The notes under the pieces were generated by a model. That model saw only the letters and a program-made list of their open reading frames with translations. It had not been told where the DNA came from and searched no databases. Positions 51,684-63,709 of a DNA stretch of 64,000 nt are shown here, in pieces. The stretch is from a bacterium (GTDB lineage Bacteria; Patescibacteriota; Dojkabacteria; JAKAPS01; JAJZLI01). A program made the position numbers and the translations under genes. Numbering within the stretch: position 1 is the first letter of the stretch; each line of letters starts with the position of its first letter. The stretch covers positions 9,321 through 73,320 of the forward strand of contig JAJZWL010000002.1 of the NCBI GenBank assembly GCA_021846685.1. The letters are read 5' to 3'.

Positions 51684-51771
51684 TTGATATACTAAAATCA
51701 CACCAATTAAATAATCAAGGTAAATAAAGAAATTTCACTTTACTGAGTTTAACTTAAGTCTAATAAAAAAA

Positions 51772-52293
51772 CTATGATTCAGAAGGAACAATTCCTGTAA
51801 CTTCTATTTTAGAAAGCACTTTTTGAAAATACACTCTCAAATATAATTTTGATTTTCCTATATAAAAATATATAAGGTATGAATTATTTATCTGTTTTAC
51901 AAATTTTATATTTTCTCCAATATTATAAATTCCTAAAGATTTTTTTATATCTAATACATAATCTTTACTCTGATATTTTGCATATAAACTATTCATATAA
52001 TTTTGAGATAAGATATTTGAAATATTTTGATTATCTTTATACAAATCAGTAAATGCTATTTTTATAGCTTTTTCTTCAGGATTTAAAGTTACTACATTTT
52101 TATTACTTTTAATATTGTTTTGAGTATAACTAAATTTAATAAATTTAGAATGAGATAAAAAGTCTGAATTTGCAATATATTTAAATATCAATCCAAACAA
52201 AAAATTAAATGCTACTACACCAATTAGAATAAAAAAACATAATTCTATAAAAAATGATATTTCCTCTGAATTCTCTCTAATCTTATTACCCAT
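51772..52293 (-). CDS. Hypothetical membrane-anchored protein (possible pseudopilin-like N-terminus 'SFFIELCFFIL')
   Basis: N-terminal hydrophobic helix with Glu five residues after a possible cleavage point, but no Gly at -1; no recognisable domain. Confidence 0.35.
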   Translation of the reverse strand: MGNKIRENSEEISFFIELCFFILIGVVAFNFLFGLIFKYIANSDFLSHSKFIKFSYTQNNIKSNKNVVTLNPEEKAIKIAFTDLYKDNQNISNILSQNYMNSLYAKYQSKDYVLDIKKSLGIYNIGENIKFVKQINNSYLIYFYIGKSKLYLRVYFQKVLSKIEVTGIVPSES

Positions 52294-52341
52294 TTAAAAA
52301 TTATACCAAAAAAGAGATTAAAAAGGATAGTTATTTTTAAT

Positions 52342-52415
52342 CGGTTGTGAACGGATTCGAACCGTCGATCTTCTCCGTGACAGGGAGACATGTTAGGCCA
52401 CTACACCACACAACC
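52342..52415 (-). tRNA. tRNA-Asp (anticodon GUC)
   Basis: Reverse complement GGTTGTG...CACAACC acceptor, anticodon stem TCTCC/GGAGA with loop CTGTCAC, T-arm GACGG-TTCGAAT-CCGTT. Confidence 0.8.
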
Positions 52416-52459
52416 TTATATAAAGAATAATGAATTATTACATAAAAACTACTTTTTTA

Positions 52460-52987
52460 TCAACCTTTTACGTAGTAAATAGGAAAGCCTTTATTATATA
52501 TAGTCTTTCTAATATTATTATCCATAAAATAATAGGATCCATTATATTTAAAAACATAGTAATTAGAAATATTATGAGGAGGTGAGAAATTTATTTTCAA
52601 AGTATTTAAATAAGGTTTTAAAGACAAATAAAATTCACTTAAACTAGTACATTTATTTTTTATAGAAGATACCGATGCACTACAATAGGGAGCAGTACCT
52701 GAGACTCCGTTTACTTTTATATTAATTAACTTAGAAACAGAATTTATATTTAATTTTGCACTATTAGGATAATGTGAAAATGCATTTTTTATTTCACTTA
52801 TATTTTGTTTAATCTGTTCATTCAATGATATAGCATAATCATTACTAACTGAGGTTAATGGTTCTTGAACATTATAAACTTGAACTGGTTTAGTATTTGA
52901 AAAACTAATAAAATAAAGAAAAAAGAAAACTACTATAAAAAAATATAGGACTACTATAAGAAAAAACACAGAATCTCTCTTTTTCAT
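52460..52987 (-). CDS. Hypothetical signal-anchored extracytoplasmic protein
   Basis: N-terminal TM 'VFFLIVVLYFFIVVFFFLYFI'; ATGA coupling with the upstream ORF. Confidence 0.4.
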   Translation of the reverse strand: MKKRDSVFFLIVVLYFFIVVFFFLYFISFSNTKPVQVYNVQEPLTSVSNDYAISLNEQIKQNISEIKNAFSHYPNSAKLNINSVSKLINIKVNGVSGTAPYCSASVSSIKNKCTSLSEFYLSLKPYLNTLKINFSPPHNISNYYVFKYNGSYYFMDNNIRKTIYNKGFPIYYVKG

Positions 52988-54027
52988 TATTTCTTTTTAA
53001 CACTTGTTTTACTATTAGTACTTGTTTTACTAGGAGTACTAGTTACTTTCTTACCTTGAAGATTTATATAAGTAGTAGGATTAGCAAAGTTATAATTAGA
53101 ATTGAAACTAGTCATTCCTGCACCAAAATATACTTTAGCTGTTGTCCCACTTACAGTTGCCTTATTAATAGTTACTGATTCTTGATATATCCTGTTATCT
53201 GTTAAACCAACCCATTCATTAAGATCTATAGTACTAGTATCTATGGTTATATTATTAAATACTGATTTTAATAAAGATAATAACTTTATACTACCATAAT
53301 CCTTTTTTGGAATTACAGTTACATAATGAGTTACTAGTGTCCCATTTAATACTGAATTTCCCTCAGAATATGAATGAAATTGACTATAATTTATATTTGA
53401 TTGTTGTTCTAACTGAGAAAGGAAACTAAATTCTAAGTTAGGTAATAGTATCCATTTACCTGTTTTAATACCAGAATTTAATACAGAAGGAAATTTAGAG
53501 AAATTTATAAAAAATTGTTTTCCATTCTCTATAAAATTTCCATTAATAAGCAATGATTGAGATCCACTAGAAGAACTTGAAGAAAATTTTTCATTCAAAG
53601 ATGAAGCAGAAGTGATACTCTTTGGATTTTTAAAATTAATTGCACCATTAAATTGCTGATTTATATTACCACCGCTAGCACCTGATGATGTAAGAGAAAA
53701 ATTCACATTATATTTATATGCATTTATTCCCTGATCAGCTGCATATGTTTTTGGTAATATATTCTGAGGAGATCTATTTAAATTTTTTAATACTGGAATA
53801 ACATCTACTACATTAGAAACTCCTGGAATATTTACTCCGAAGTTATACATAGCGAACAACATTCCTACTAAAACAACAAATATAACTAAAACAACTAAAG
53901 ATCCAATAACCTTAGGTCTTTTATCTTTATCTGCAAATGATGATTTTTTATACATATCTGAAAAAAATGAACTGTTCTTGGGATTTTCTACACTTGAATC
54001 TGTATTTACTTTTTTTAAATTTGCCAT
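52987..54027 (-). CDS. Hypothetical bitopic membrane protein, Ser/Asn/Thr-rich ectodomain
   Basis: Cytoplasmic N-terminus, one TM (VIGSLVVLVIFVVLVGMLFAM), low-complexity S/T-rich C-terminus. Confidence 0.4.
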   Translation of the reverse strand: MANLKKVNTDSSVENPKNSSFFSDMYKKSSFADKDKRPKVIGSLVVLVIFVVLVGMLFAMYNFGVNIPGVSNVVDVIPVLKNLNRSPQNILPKTYAADQGINAYKYNVNFSLTSSGASGGNINQQFNGAINFKNPKSITSASSLNEKFSSSSSSGSQSLLINGNFIENGKQFFINFSKFPSVLNSGIKTGKWILLPNLEFSFLSQLEQQSNINYSQFHSYSEGNSVLNGTLVTHYVTVIPKKDYGSIKLLSLLKSVFNNITIDTSTIDLNEWVGLTDNRIYQESVTINKATVSGTTAKVYFGAGMTSFNSNYNFANPTTYINLQGKKVTSTPSKTSTNSKTSVKKK

Positions 54028-54244
54028 AACGTTTTCCTTTTTTATAGTAGTAATTAAAATATTTTATAAAAATATATTACTATGATATATAAATACAAAT
54101 CATATGTCAAATATGGATTATATAGATATAAATATACTAAAACAAAATCTTAATTAAATCCCATAAAATACTCAGAGATTTAATTTTTATATCTACAATA
54201 ATGTATAATAAATTACTAAGAGTATAAGAACTACATATTAATAT

Positions 54245-56236
54245 ATGATTAAAAAGGAAAAATTTCAATTAGTATCTAAATTTAAACCAGAAGGAGATCA
54301 ACCTAAGGCTATCTCTTATTTAACAGAAGGATTAAATAAAGGAGTCCAGAATCAGACTTTAATGGGAGTCACTGGCTCTGGAAAAACATTTGTGATGTCA
54401 AATATAATTAATAATATTAATAAGCCAACTTTAGTAATTGCACACAATAAAACACTAGCTGCTCAGTTAGCATCTGAATTCAGAAATTTTTTTCCTCATA
54501 ATGCAGTTGCATATTTTGTGTCTTATTATGACTATTATCAACCAGAGGCATACATACCTACAAAAGACTTATACATTGAAAAAGAAACTCAAATAAATCA
54601 AGAAATAGAACAATATAGAAATAAAGCAACTCAGTCTTTAATAACTAGAAATGATGTCATTATTGTAGCTTCAGTATCATGTATATATGGTTTAGGAAAT
54701 CCTACTGATTATGAGAATTTAGCAATTGAATTAAAAACCGGGATGTATATAAAAAGGTCAGATTTAATAATTTCCTTATTAAACATACAATATGAAAGGA
54801 ATGATTTTGAATACAAAAGAGGAACTTTTAGTATAAAAGGAAATATTGTAGAAATTTTTCCACAATATGAAGATACCGTTATAAGATTAGAAATATATGA
54901 TCAATTAATTGAAGAGATTAGAGTTATTGATCCATTTTCAAGAACTAAAGGAGAAAAGAAAGATAGTATATATATATTCCCAGCAAAGCAATATACAGTA
55001 AGACAAGAAAATTTAAATTCTGCAATTAAGAACATAAAAGAAGAATTAAAAGAACAATTAGAATATTTCAGAAAAAAAGATATGATAGTAGAGGCAAAAA
55101 GATTAGAACAGAGGGTTAATTTTGATATAGAAATGATGCAAGAAATGGGGTATTGTCAAGGTATAGAAAATTATTCACGACATATAGAAGGTAGAGCAAA
55201 AGGATCAGCTCCATATACACTAATAGATTTTTTCCCAAAAGATTATCTACTTATAATAGATGAAAGTCACATTACTATACCTCAAATAAGAAGCATGCAT
55301 CTTGGTGATTATCAGAGAAAAAAAACTTTGGTTGAATATGGATTCAGATTACCATCAGCTATAGATAATCGACCATTAAATTTTGAAGAATTCAAAAAGA
55401 AAATTAATAAAGTGATTTATGTTTCTGCCACTCCAAATGAATATGAAATTAATTTGGCAAAAAATGATACAAAGAAATTAAAAAATTATCCAGAAGAAGG
55501 AATTGTAGAACAAATAATAAGACCTACAATGTTAATCGATCCAGAAGTAGAAATAAGAAAATCTGAAGGACAAATAGATGACATTAAAAAAGAGATTACA
55601 AAAAGAGTTAAAAAAAATGAAAGAACTATAATTATAACTTTAACAAAAAAAATGTCAGAAGAATTAAATAAATATTTAATAGATAATAATTTTAAAACTC
55701 AATACCTACATAGTGATATAGATACTATTGAAAGAACAGAAGTACTAAGAGATTTAAGATTAGGACATTATGATGTTATTGTAGGAATAAATTTACTTAG
55801 AGAAGGACTAGATTTGCCAGAAGTATCTCTAATAATAATACTTGATGCTGATAAAGAAGGATTTTTAAGATCAAAACAGTCTCTTATACAAATAATGGGC
55901 AGGGCAGCTAGACACCAAAATGGAAGAGTAATCATGTATGCAGATGTTATTACAAAATCAATGCAAAGCGCTATAGATGAAACACTTCGAAGAAGAAAGA
56001 TACAACTAGAGTATAATATAAAGAATCAATTAGAACCTAAAAGTATAAATAAAGCTATAGATATACAAATAGAGAGAAAGAGGAAGGATGACAGTTTGAA
56101 TAAAGATGATATTTCTGATACAAAAGAATTGATAAAAGATCTCACTAAACAAATGAATGAATATGCAGACAAGATGCATTTTGAAAAAGCTGCTAAAATA
56201 AGAGATCAAATTAGAGAATTAAAATTATTATCTTAA
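54245..56236 (+). CDS. uvrB: Excinuclease ABC subunit B
   Basis: 'GVTGSGKTF', helicase motifs, C-terminal UVR domain. Confidence 0.95.
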   Translation: MIKKEKFQLVSKFKPEGDQPKAISYLTEGLNKGVQNQTLMGVTGSGKTFVMSNIINNINKPTLVIAHNKTLAAQLASEFRNFFPHNAVAYFVSYYDYYQPEAYIPTKDLYIEKETQINQEIEQYRNKATQSLITRNDVIIVASVSCIYGLGNPTDYENLAIELKTGMYIKRSDLIISLLNIQYERNDFEYKRGTFSIKGNIVEIFPQYEDTVIRLEIYDQLIEEIRVIDPFSRTKGEKKDSIYIFPAKQYTVRQENLNSAIKNIKEELKEQLEYFRKKDMIVEAKRLEQRVNFDIEMMQEMGYCQGIENYSRHIEGRAKGSAPYTLIDFFPKDYLLIIDESHITIPQIRSMHLGDYQRKKTLVEYGFRLPSAIDNRPLNFEEFKKKINKVIYVSATPNEYEINLAKNDTKKLKNYPEEGIVEQIIRPTMLIDPEVEIRKSEGQIDDIKKEITKRVKKNERTIIITLTKKMSEELNKYLIDNNFKTQYLHSDIDTIERTEVLRDLRLGHYDVIVGINLLREGLDLPEVSLIIILDADKEGFLRSKQSLIQIMGRAARHQNGRVIMYADVITKSMQSAIDETLRRRKIQLEYNIKNQLEPKSINKAIDIQIERKRKDDSLNKDDISDTKELIKDLTKQMNEYADKMHFEKAAKIRDQIRELKLLS

Positions 56237-56270
56237 GATGTTTTTCATAATTTAAATTTATCATAAAGTA

Positions 56271-57317
56271 ATGGTTATAGACCTAGAACATAATAAAAAT
56301 CAGATATCAAAAGAAATAAAACCAAAAAAACACAGGAAATTAAAAATAACTGTATTAGTAATAGTAATTTTAATTCTCTTTTTCGGATTTTTATTTGTAA
56401 AATCAGGGTATTTACAAGTTACTTACGATATATTTAAAATTACAGGAAATACTGTAAAAAGAACAAAGACTGAACAAGCCATACATTATAAATATGATAA
56501 CAGTAATAAATTTATTAATATTTTGATTCTAGGATCTGATACAGATCAAAAATTTAATCCTAATTCAATATTAACTCAGACAATAATGATAGCTAGTGTA
56601 AACCCTTATCAGAAAAAAATTTATATGATTTCTATTCCAAGAGATTTTTGGATTAAAATTCCTGGTTATAAAGCTAATAATGGTTATTCAAAATTTGATA
56701 CTGCATCAGAAATAGGTGGTATAGGATTAACAAGACAATTAGTTGAGCAATATTTTGGAATTCAAATTAATTATTATGCATGGATAGGTCTAAATGGGTT
56801 CGTAAAATTAATTAATACATTTGGAGGAGTAAATGTTGTTCCAACTCATCCAGTATTGGACTGGAGTTATCCAAATGATATATCTGGAAATCCAAAGCTA
56901 TTATACTCTGCAATTAACTTATATATATCTGGAGCACCTCAGTATATGACAGGAACAAGGACACTAGAATATGTTAGATCTAGACATGGAGATTTAATGG
57001 GAGACTTTGGAAGATCTAAAAGACAACAACAAGTACTTAGAATACTAAAAAATAAATTAGATAATACTAGTACTATAGCTGACATTCCTTCTCTCTTTAA
57101 TAGCCTAAGCTCAATTGTAAGGACTGATATGACTATTCCAGAAGTACTTAAATTATCTCAAATAGCACTTTCTCTTAAAAATGCAAAAATACAATCCATA
57201 ATACTTTCTCCTCCTAAATATTCATCAGTACCGAATTATTTGATTGGAGGCCAAAGCGTAGTTTTACCTAATTGGACAGCAATACATAAATTATTTTATA
57301 AATTATACGGGAATTAA
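56271..57317 (+). CDS. LytR-CpsA-Psr (LCP) family cell-envelope polymer transferase
   Basis: N-terminal TM; 'ILILGSDTD', 'MIASVNP', 'ISIPRDFW' LCP motifs. Confidence 0.8.
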   Translation: MVIDLEHNKNQISKEIKPKKHRKLKITVLVIVILILFFGFLFVKSGYLQVTYDIFKITGNTVKRTKTEQAIHYKYDNSNKFINILILGSDTDQKFNPNSILTQTIMIASVNPYQKKIYMISIPRDFWIKIPGYKANNGYSKFDTASEIGGIGLTRQLVEQYFGIQINYYAWIGLNGFVKLINTFGGVNVVPTHPVLDWSYPNDISGNPKLLYSAINLYISGAPQYMTGTRTLEYVRSRHGDLMGDFGRSKRQQQVLRILKNKLDNTSTIADIPSLFNSLSSIVRTDMTIPEVLKLSQIALSLKNAKIQSIILSPPKYSSVPNYLIGGQSVVLPNWTAIHKLFYKLYGN

Positions 57318-57319
57318 AT

Positions 57320-58480
57320 ATGGATTTTTCAAAAGAAAATAAAATATCAGAGACAAAAAATATTCATAATAATGTAACCAAGAAAAAAGGTAAGTTTAAA
57401 TACATAGTATTGATAGGAATACTCTTAATTATTGGCTATTTTATAGTGAAATATAATGCAATTATAACTAATATTTTAAACCCTAAAAACTTACATTCTG
57501 AAATATCAAAAAATGTAACATTATCTAGTCAATACAACTTAAATGGCAAATTATATTTCGTAAAAAATAATAATCTATGGGAAATTTCTGGACATAATGC
57601 TCACAAAATAACAACATCTGGAAATATTTCAGATATTGCAATTTCTAAAAATGGTAAACATGTTGCATTTGTAACATTTCATCTTAATTTTTCTAACTTA
57701 CATCAAATGAATATTAATGGAAAAAATGATGTTAGAATAACAAATTGGAGAAACCCTAATATAAATTATGAAGCTTGGTCTGCTACGCCAACATACTCTC
57801 CTAATGGTCAGTATATTGCATATATGACAAATATAAGAAAATTAATCACTGGGATCCCTAGAGCAGGACTAGGGGTCTGGATGCTACCTTCAAATAGTAG
57901 ATTCAATTCATATAGCTCTCAACTACAAGGAGAGAAAGAACTAACAATACCTACTAGATATACAGGTGGGGATGCAGGTGTAACTTGGCCAAATAGTAAT
58001 TTTCTTCTTTATACTTATTATATTTACTATACAGGAATAGCTCAGCCTGATTCCCAAATAATGCTTTATGATTTTTCTACTCAACAATCATATCCAGTAA
58101 CACCTACAATTTCTGAGGCTATGGAACCAAGACTTTCTCCTAATGGGAAATACTTATCTTTTACTCAGAGAACAGGAAATAATGGCAATTATCTATATAC
58201 AATGCAATTTAATTTTAATTCTATATTAAATCATACTGAAACTAGTAGTTTTAATACATATAAATCTACTCTTCAATTAGTAAATCAAGGAGTTAATTCT
58301 CATCCTACATGGAGTCCAAAAGGAAATAATCTATCATTTATTACTTTATCTAATGGATCTTTTGATATAGCAGTAAAACATGTTAATTATAAAAATAATG
58401 GACAATTAAAATTTGGACAACTAAAATATATTACAAAAAGTAGTAATATAGATAGTACCTCAAAAATGTATTGGTTATAA
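57320..58480 (+). CDS. Membrane-anchored TolB-like (PD40) beta-propeller protein
   Basis: N-terminal TM; repeated 'SPNG(Q/K)Y(I/L)(A/S)(Y/F)' blades. Confidence 0.5.
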   Translation: MDFSKENKISETKNIHNNVTKKKGKFKYIVLIGILLIIGYFIVKYNAIITNILNPKNLHSEISKNVTLSSQYNLNGKLYFVKNNNLWEISGHNAHKITTSGNISDIAISKNGKHVAFVTFHLNFSNLHQMNINGKNDVRITNWRNPNINYEAWSATPTYSPNGQYIAYMTNIRKLITGIPRAGLGVWMLPSNSRFNSYSSQLQGEKELTIPTRYTGGDAGVTWPNSNFLLYTYYIYYTGIAQPDSQIMLYDFSTQQSYPVTPTISEAMEPRLSPNGKYLSFTQRTGNNGNYLYTMQFNFNSILNHTETSSFNTYKSTLQLVNQGVNSHPTWSPKGNNLSFITLSNGSFDIAVKHVNYKNNGQLKFGQLKYITKSSNIDSTSKMYWL

Positions 58481-58520
58481 AAATAATACAAATATGTGTT
58501 AAAATAGAAAACCAAAAATT

Positions 58521-61355
58521 ATGGATAACTCTAAAATTATAATAAAAGGTGCTAGAGAAAATAATTTAAAAAATATAGATCTAGAAATACCTAAAAATAA
58601 ACTAGTTGTAATAACCGGTGTATCTGGTTCTGGAAAATCATCGTTAGCTTTTGATACTATCTATGCAGAAGGACAAAGAAGATATGTAGAGTCACTTTCT
58701 TCGTATGCGAGGCAATTTTTGGGAGTAATGAAGAAACCTGATTTAGATTATATAGATGGACTCTCTCCTGCAATATCAATAGATCAAAAAACAGCCAGTA
58801 GAAATCCTCGCTCCACAGTTGGTACAACAACTGAAATATATGACTATCTTAGATTATTATATTCTAAAATTGGAACTCCTTATTGCCCTAATTGTGGGAA
58901 TAAAATAGAACATCAAACTATAGAACAAATTACTGAAGAAATTTTAAAAATAAAAGATAAAAAAATAATAATTCTATCTCCTATAATAAGAAATAAAAAA
59001 GGAGAATATAGTGAAATTTTGGAAAATTTTTTCTCTAAAGGTTTTACAAGGGCAAGAATTGATAAAGTTTTTTATTCACTAGATGAAGAAATTCATTTAG
59101 ATAGATATAAATCTCATAATATAGATATAGTACTTAATAGGCTTATCATAAAAGATACTGAATCGGATATAAAAAGTAGAATCAATGAATCTGTAGAAAG
59201 AGCTATCAATCTTTCCGAAGGAGAAGTTATTATTTATATAGAAGATGATAATAAAGATATATTATATTCCGAAAATTTATCTTGTTTAAATTGTCATACT
59301 TCTATACCAGAAATACAACCAAATACATTCTCATTTAATTCCCCATATGGTGCTTGTGAAAAATGTTCTGGGTTAGGAATAATCGAAACACTAGAAGAAG
59401 AGTTAATTTATAATCCAAAACTTACTTTTATGGAAGGAGGTATATATTTATTGTCCAATGAAATTACTCATTATAAGTCTTCTTGGATTATTAAAATAAT
59501 ACAATCAATGGCATTAAAAAATAATATTCCTCTAGATATTCCTTTCTGTGATTATACTAAAGAGCAACTTAAAATATTAATGTATGGGACTGGAGACAGG
59601 ACTTATGAAATACAATATAAACCAAGAATGAGGAGTATAAAAAAATATACAGTAACTTTCAAAGGTATTATTCCTCATTTATTAGAAAAATATACTAATG
59701 GATCTGAATCTACAAAAAGAGAAATTTCAGAATATATGAAACAAATGACATGTGAGGTATGCGAAGGAACAAAATTAAATAAAATAGCAAGATCAATTAA
59801 AATTAATGGTAAATCTATAGATGAAATTAGTAAAATACATATTGATGAATTCGTAGATTGGATATCAAAAATTAAAGATAATTTTTCTGAATCTGAGAAA
59901 ATTATTTCAAAACAAATACTACAAGAAATAGAGAGTAGATCAAAATTTTTAGATGCTGTAGGTGTATGGTATTTATCCTTAGATAGATCTTCTAAAACTT
60001 TAGCTGGAGGAGAAGCACAAAGAATAAGATTGGCTTCCCAAATTGGCTCTAGATTATCTGGAATTTTATATGTACTTGATGAGCCATCAATAGGATTACA
60101 TCAAAGAGATAATATGAAATTAATAGAGACTTTGAAAAATTTAAGAGATCTGGGAAATACTGTAATTGTAGTAGAACATGATGAAGAAACCATGGAAAAT
60201 GCTGACTATATCTTTGATATAGGAAAAGGAGCAGGAGAATATGGAGGTAATGTAATTGCACAAGGAGATTTTAATGATATAAAAAATTCGAAAGAATCCA
60301 TTACAGGAAGATATTTATCTAAAAAGGAAAAAATAAATGTACCAAAAAAAAGAAGAGAATTTGATAAAAATTTAGAAATAAAAGGAGCTAAAGAACATAA
60401 CTTAAAGAATATAGAAGTTAAAATACCACTAGAAGTATTAACTGTCATTACTGGAGTCTCTGGTTCAGGAAAAAGTACACTCATTAATGACATACTATAT
60501 CCTTATATATCAAATAGTCTATATAATACCAGGAAAATAGTAGGGGAATGTGAATACATCGATGGAATAGAGAATATAAATAAAATTATTGATATAGACC
60601 AATCACCAATAGGAAAAACTCCTAGGTCTAATCCAGCAACTTATACTGGAGCATTTACATTCATAAGAGACCTTTTTGCTATGACAAAAGAATCTAAAAT
60701 GAAGGGATATAAAGCAGGAAGATTTAGTTTTAATGTAAAAGGAGGTCGGTGTGAAACATGTAAAGGAGACGGAATTATCAAGATTGAAATGCAATTTCTT
60801 CCTGATATATATGTAACATGTGAAGAATGTAAAGGAAAAAGATATAATAAAGAAGCCTTAGAAATAACATATAAAGGAAAAAATATATCGGAAGTACTAG
60901 ATATGAATATAAAAGAAGCAATTCCTTTCTTTGAAAATATATCTTCTATAAAAACAAAATTAGAAACATTGAATGATGTAGGACTAGGATATATTAAATT
61001 AGGACAAAGTGCTACAACTTTATCTGGAGGAGAATCTCAAAGAATTAAACTTGCAACAGAATTATCTAGACGGGCAACTGGAAAGACTCTATATATTCTA
61101 GATGAGCCTACTACAGGACTTCACTTCGATGATATTAAAAAATTATTAAAAGTATTAAGTAAATTAGTAGATCAAAAAAATACAGTACTCGTTATTGAGC
61201 ACAATATGGATGTAATTAAAACGGCAGACTGGATTATAGACCTAGGTAAAGAAGGAGGAGATAGGGGAGGAGAAATAATATTTGCAGGTACCCCAGAAAA
61301 TATAGTAAAAAATCAAAATAGCTATACTGGACAATACCTTAAAAAATATTTATAA
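58521..61355 (+). CDS. uvrA: Excinuclease ABC subunit A
   Basis: Two ABC ATPase modules ([27 protein letters not shown]), zinc-finger CxxC pairs, 944 aa. Confidence 0.95.
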   Translation: MDNSKIIIKGARENNLKNIDLEIPKNKLVVITGVSGSGKSSLAFDTIYAEGQRRYVESLSSYARQFLGVMKKPDLDYIDGLSPAISIDQKTASRNPRSTVGTTTEIYDYLRLLYSKIGTPYCPNCGNKIEHQTIEQITEEILKIKDKKIIILSPIIRNKKGEYSEILENFFSKGFTRARIDKVFYSLDEEIHLDRYKSHNIDIVLNRLIIKDTESDIKSRINESVERAINLSEGEVIIYIEDDNKDILYSENLSCLNCHTSIPEIQPNTFSFNSPYGACEKCSGLGIIETLEEELIYNPKLTFMEGGIYLLSNEITHYKSSWIIKIIQSMALKNNIPLDIPFCDYTKEQLKILMYGTGDRTYEIQYKPRMRSIKKYTVTFKGIIPHLLEKYTNGSESTKREISEYMKQMTCEVCEGTKLNKIARSIKINGKSIDEISKIHIDEFVDWISKIKDNFSESEKIISKQILQEIESRSKFLDAVGVWYLSLDRSSKTLAGGEAQRIRLASQIGSRLSGILYVLDEPSIGLHQRDNMKLIETLKNLRDLGNTVIVVEHDEETMENADYIFDIGKGAGEYGGNVIAQGDFNDIKNSKESITGRYLSKKEKINVPKKRREFDKNLEIKGAKEHNLKNIEVKIPLEVLTVITGVSGSGKSTLINDILYPYISNSLYNTRKIVGECEYIDGIENINKIIDIDQSPIGKTPRSNPATYTGAFTFIRDLFAMTKESKMKGYKAGRFSFNVKGGRCETCKGDGIIKIEMQFLPDIYVTCEECKGKRYNKEALEITYKGKNISEVLDMNIKEAIPFFENISSIKTKLETLNDVGLGYIKLGQSATTLSGGESQRIKLATELSRRATGKTLYILDEPTTGLHFDDIKKLLKVLSKLVDQKNTVLVIEHNMDVIKTADWIIDLGKEGGDRGGEIIFAGTPENIVKNQNSYTGQYLKKYL

Positions 61356-62000
61356 AATTTTATTATTCTTAATTAAATCTAAAATTGATAAAGGATCTTG
61401 AGCTTCTGTATACTTATAATATTTTTTATTATCAAATGACCTTTTATCCCCCCAACTAGCTTTTATAAATTTAATATCTATATTTTGAGAAATATCAATA
61501 TCTTCATTTGCGTCTCCAATATAAATAATTTCATTTTTATTTAATTCTAATTTTTTTAAAGTCTTTAATATACCTTCAGGGTTTGGTTTACTCAGTACAA
61601 CATCATCCTGTGTGATAATTGAAGAAAAAAAATCCTTTATATGAAGATGCTCACTAACTATATATACCCTGTTAGCCGGAGCACCTGTAATTAATGCCAA
61701 TCTATATTTAGAAGATAAATCTTGTAATAATTCTAATATACCAGGGAAAAGTTTGATTTCGCTTTTATAATTAACAGAGTAATAATAATTAAAAATCCTC
61801 ATAGCATCTTTTAAATCTTCTTCTTTTTTTAAAAATCCTAAAATTATTTCTTGTTGAGGTTTCCCAATGCTATAAGATATATCTGATACACTAATATCAA
61901 TACCTAATTTAAAAAAAGTTTTTCTAAAACAATCTATAATGAAACTATAATCATCAACGATTGTATTATCAAAATCGAAAAAAATACTTTTAATTATCAT
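61350..62000 (-). CDS. HAD-superfamily hydrolase (subfamily IA-like phosphatase)
   Basis: Motif I 'FFDFDNTIVDD' (DxDxT), C-terminal 'GDANEDID'. Confidence 0.75.
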   Translation of the reverse strand: MIIKSIFFDFDNTIVDDYSFIIDCFRKTFFKLGIDISVSDISYSIGKPQQEIILGFLKKEEDLKDAMRIFNYYYSVNYKSEIKLFPGILELLQDLSSKYRLALITGAPANRVYIVSEHLHIKDFFSSIITQDDVVLSKPNPEGILKTLKKLELNKNEIIYIGDANEDIDISQNIDIKFIKASWGDKRSFDNKKYYKYTEAQDPLSILDLIKNNKIL

Positions 62001-62002
62001 AA

Positions 62003-63709
62003 CTATTTTCTCCTAAACTTTTTTAATAATTCATCTAATGGAATCTCATATGTTGTAGGTCTACCATGAGGACAGAAATATGGATCCTTACATTCTTTTA
62101 AATCTTCTATTATTTTTATCATCTTATCGTTTTCTAATTTATCACCAAACCTTACACTAGAATGACAAGCAATGGTTGCTATAATATAATGTTCCTTATC
62201 TTCTGTTCTATTAAATTTATACTCTTTTATATCAGCTATGAGATCATTTACAAATAATTCTAAATTAATATCTTTTAAAATTAATGGCAATGAAGATATT
62301 TTAATTATATTATCTCCAAATATTTCAAAATCTAATCCTGTTTTTTGAAATGTCTCCAAATTATTTGAAAATATTAAAAAATCTTTTTCATTTAATTCAA
62401 TAGAATAGGGAATTAAAAAACTTTGTAATTCAATATTAGAAGTAGAATAATGTTCTCTAATTTTTTCATACATTACTCTTTCTGAAGCCGCATGTTGATC
62501 TATTATTTGTAATTTATCTTCAAAAGAAGTAATTATAAATTTATTAAATAATTGAAGAACATTAAAATTATTTTTATTCACTGATATATCCAATAAATTA
62601 AGACCGCTTTGAATATTTAATCTTTGTTGATTAGTATTTAAATTTTGATCATGATTTTTCTCAGGATATACAAATCTTTGACTATGAGTAATATCTTGAT
62701 CTTGATTTCTATTTTTAGAGATAGGGTAGAAGCTAGAACTTTTACTTCCTGTTAAAAGTTTGTTGATCTCAGTTTTTATAATACTATATACTTTATTTAA
62801 ATCATTAAATCTAACTTCCATTTTTCTAGGATGAACATTTACATCTACTGCATCAGGATTAATATCTATATTAATCAAGTAAATAGGATATCTATTATTA
62901 TCCAAGAAATTAGAGTAACCATCAATAACAGCCTTTGATATGGCATTATTAGATACTATTCTTTTATTTACATAGATATACTGATAATCTTTTCCACTTC
63001 TGGTTATTTCAGGAACTGATATAAATCCAGATATAGAAATATCTTCAGTTAAATAATTTAATTTTAAAAACTTATATTCACCTTTAGGAAGAATTTTTTT
63101 GAATCTATTTTCAATATCTTCAGGGAAAAAATCATACACTAAATTTCCTTTTTTAAAAAGTTTAAAATATATATTAGAGTTTACTAACGATATATCTTCA
63201 AAAATACTTAATATGTATCTATACTCAGTCTCTTCACTTTTCATAAATTTTAATCTTGCAGGAGTATTATAAAAGATATCTTTTACTTCTATACTTGTAC
63301 CTATTTTAGCCCCAAATTCTGAAATTTTCACAATTTTCCCTCCAAATACTTCCATTTTATATCCAAAATCTTGATTTATTTTTTTAGATATAATTATAGT
63401 TTTTGACACAGAAACAATAGATGGTAATGCCTCACCTCTAAAACCAAATGTATGTATACTATATAAATCATCCTCACGAGATATCTTTGAAGTAGCAAAT
63501 CTTTTTATAGCCAAACTAAGATCATCTTTGCTCATTCCAGAACCATCATCATCAACCCTAATATCTGTACCATCTATATATACATTTATATTTAATGCAT
63601 TAGAATCAATTGCATTTTCAAGTAACTCCTTTAACACAGCAGATGGTCTATCTATTACTTCTCCTGCAGCTATTTTATTTGAAAGATTCTCTGATAAAAT
63701 TTTAATCAT
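62003..63709 (-). CDS. mutL: DNA mismatch repair protein MutL
   Basis: GHKL ATPase N-terminus '[25 protein letters not shown]', '[10 protein letters not shown]'. Confidence 0.9.
   Translation of the reverse strand: MIKILSENLSNKIAAGEVIDRPSAVLKELLENAIDSNALNINVYIDGTDIRVDDDGSGMSKDDLSLAIKRFATSKISREDDLYSIHTFGFRGEALPSIVSVSKTIIISKKINQDFGYKMEVFGGKIVKISEFGAKIGTSIEVKDIFYNTPARLKFMKSEETEYRYILSIFEDISLVNSNIYFKLFKKGNLVYDFFPEDIENRFKKILPKGEYKFLKLNYLTEDISISGFISVPEITRSGKDYQYIYVNKRIVSNNAISKAVIDGYSNFLDNNRYPIYLINIDINPDAVDVNVHPRKMEVRFNDLNKVYSIIKTEINKLLTGSKSSSFYPISKNRNQDQDITHSQRFVYPEKNHDQNLNTNQQRLNIQSGLNLLDISVNKNNFNVLQLFNKFIITSFEDKLQIIDQHAASERVMYEKIREHYSTSNIELQSFLIPYSIELNEKDFLIFSNNLETFQKTGLDFEIFGDNIIKISSLPLILKDINLELFVNDLIADIKEYKFNRTEDKEHYIIATIACHSSVRFGDKLENDKMIKIIEDLKECKDPYFCPHGRPTTYEIPLDELLKKFRRK

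Noticed and set aside
51542-51727. 61-aa ORF in the six-frame track
   Set aside because: It lies entirely over tRNA-Thr and tRNA-Gly. It is a spurious reading frame through structured RNA genes.
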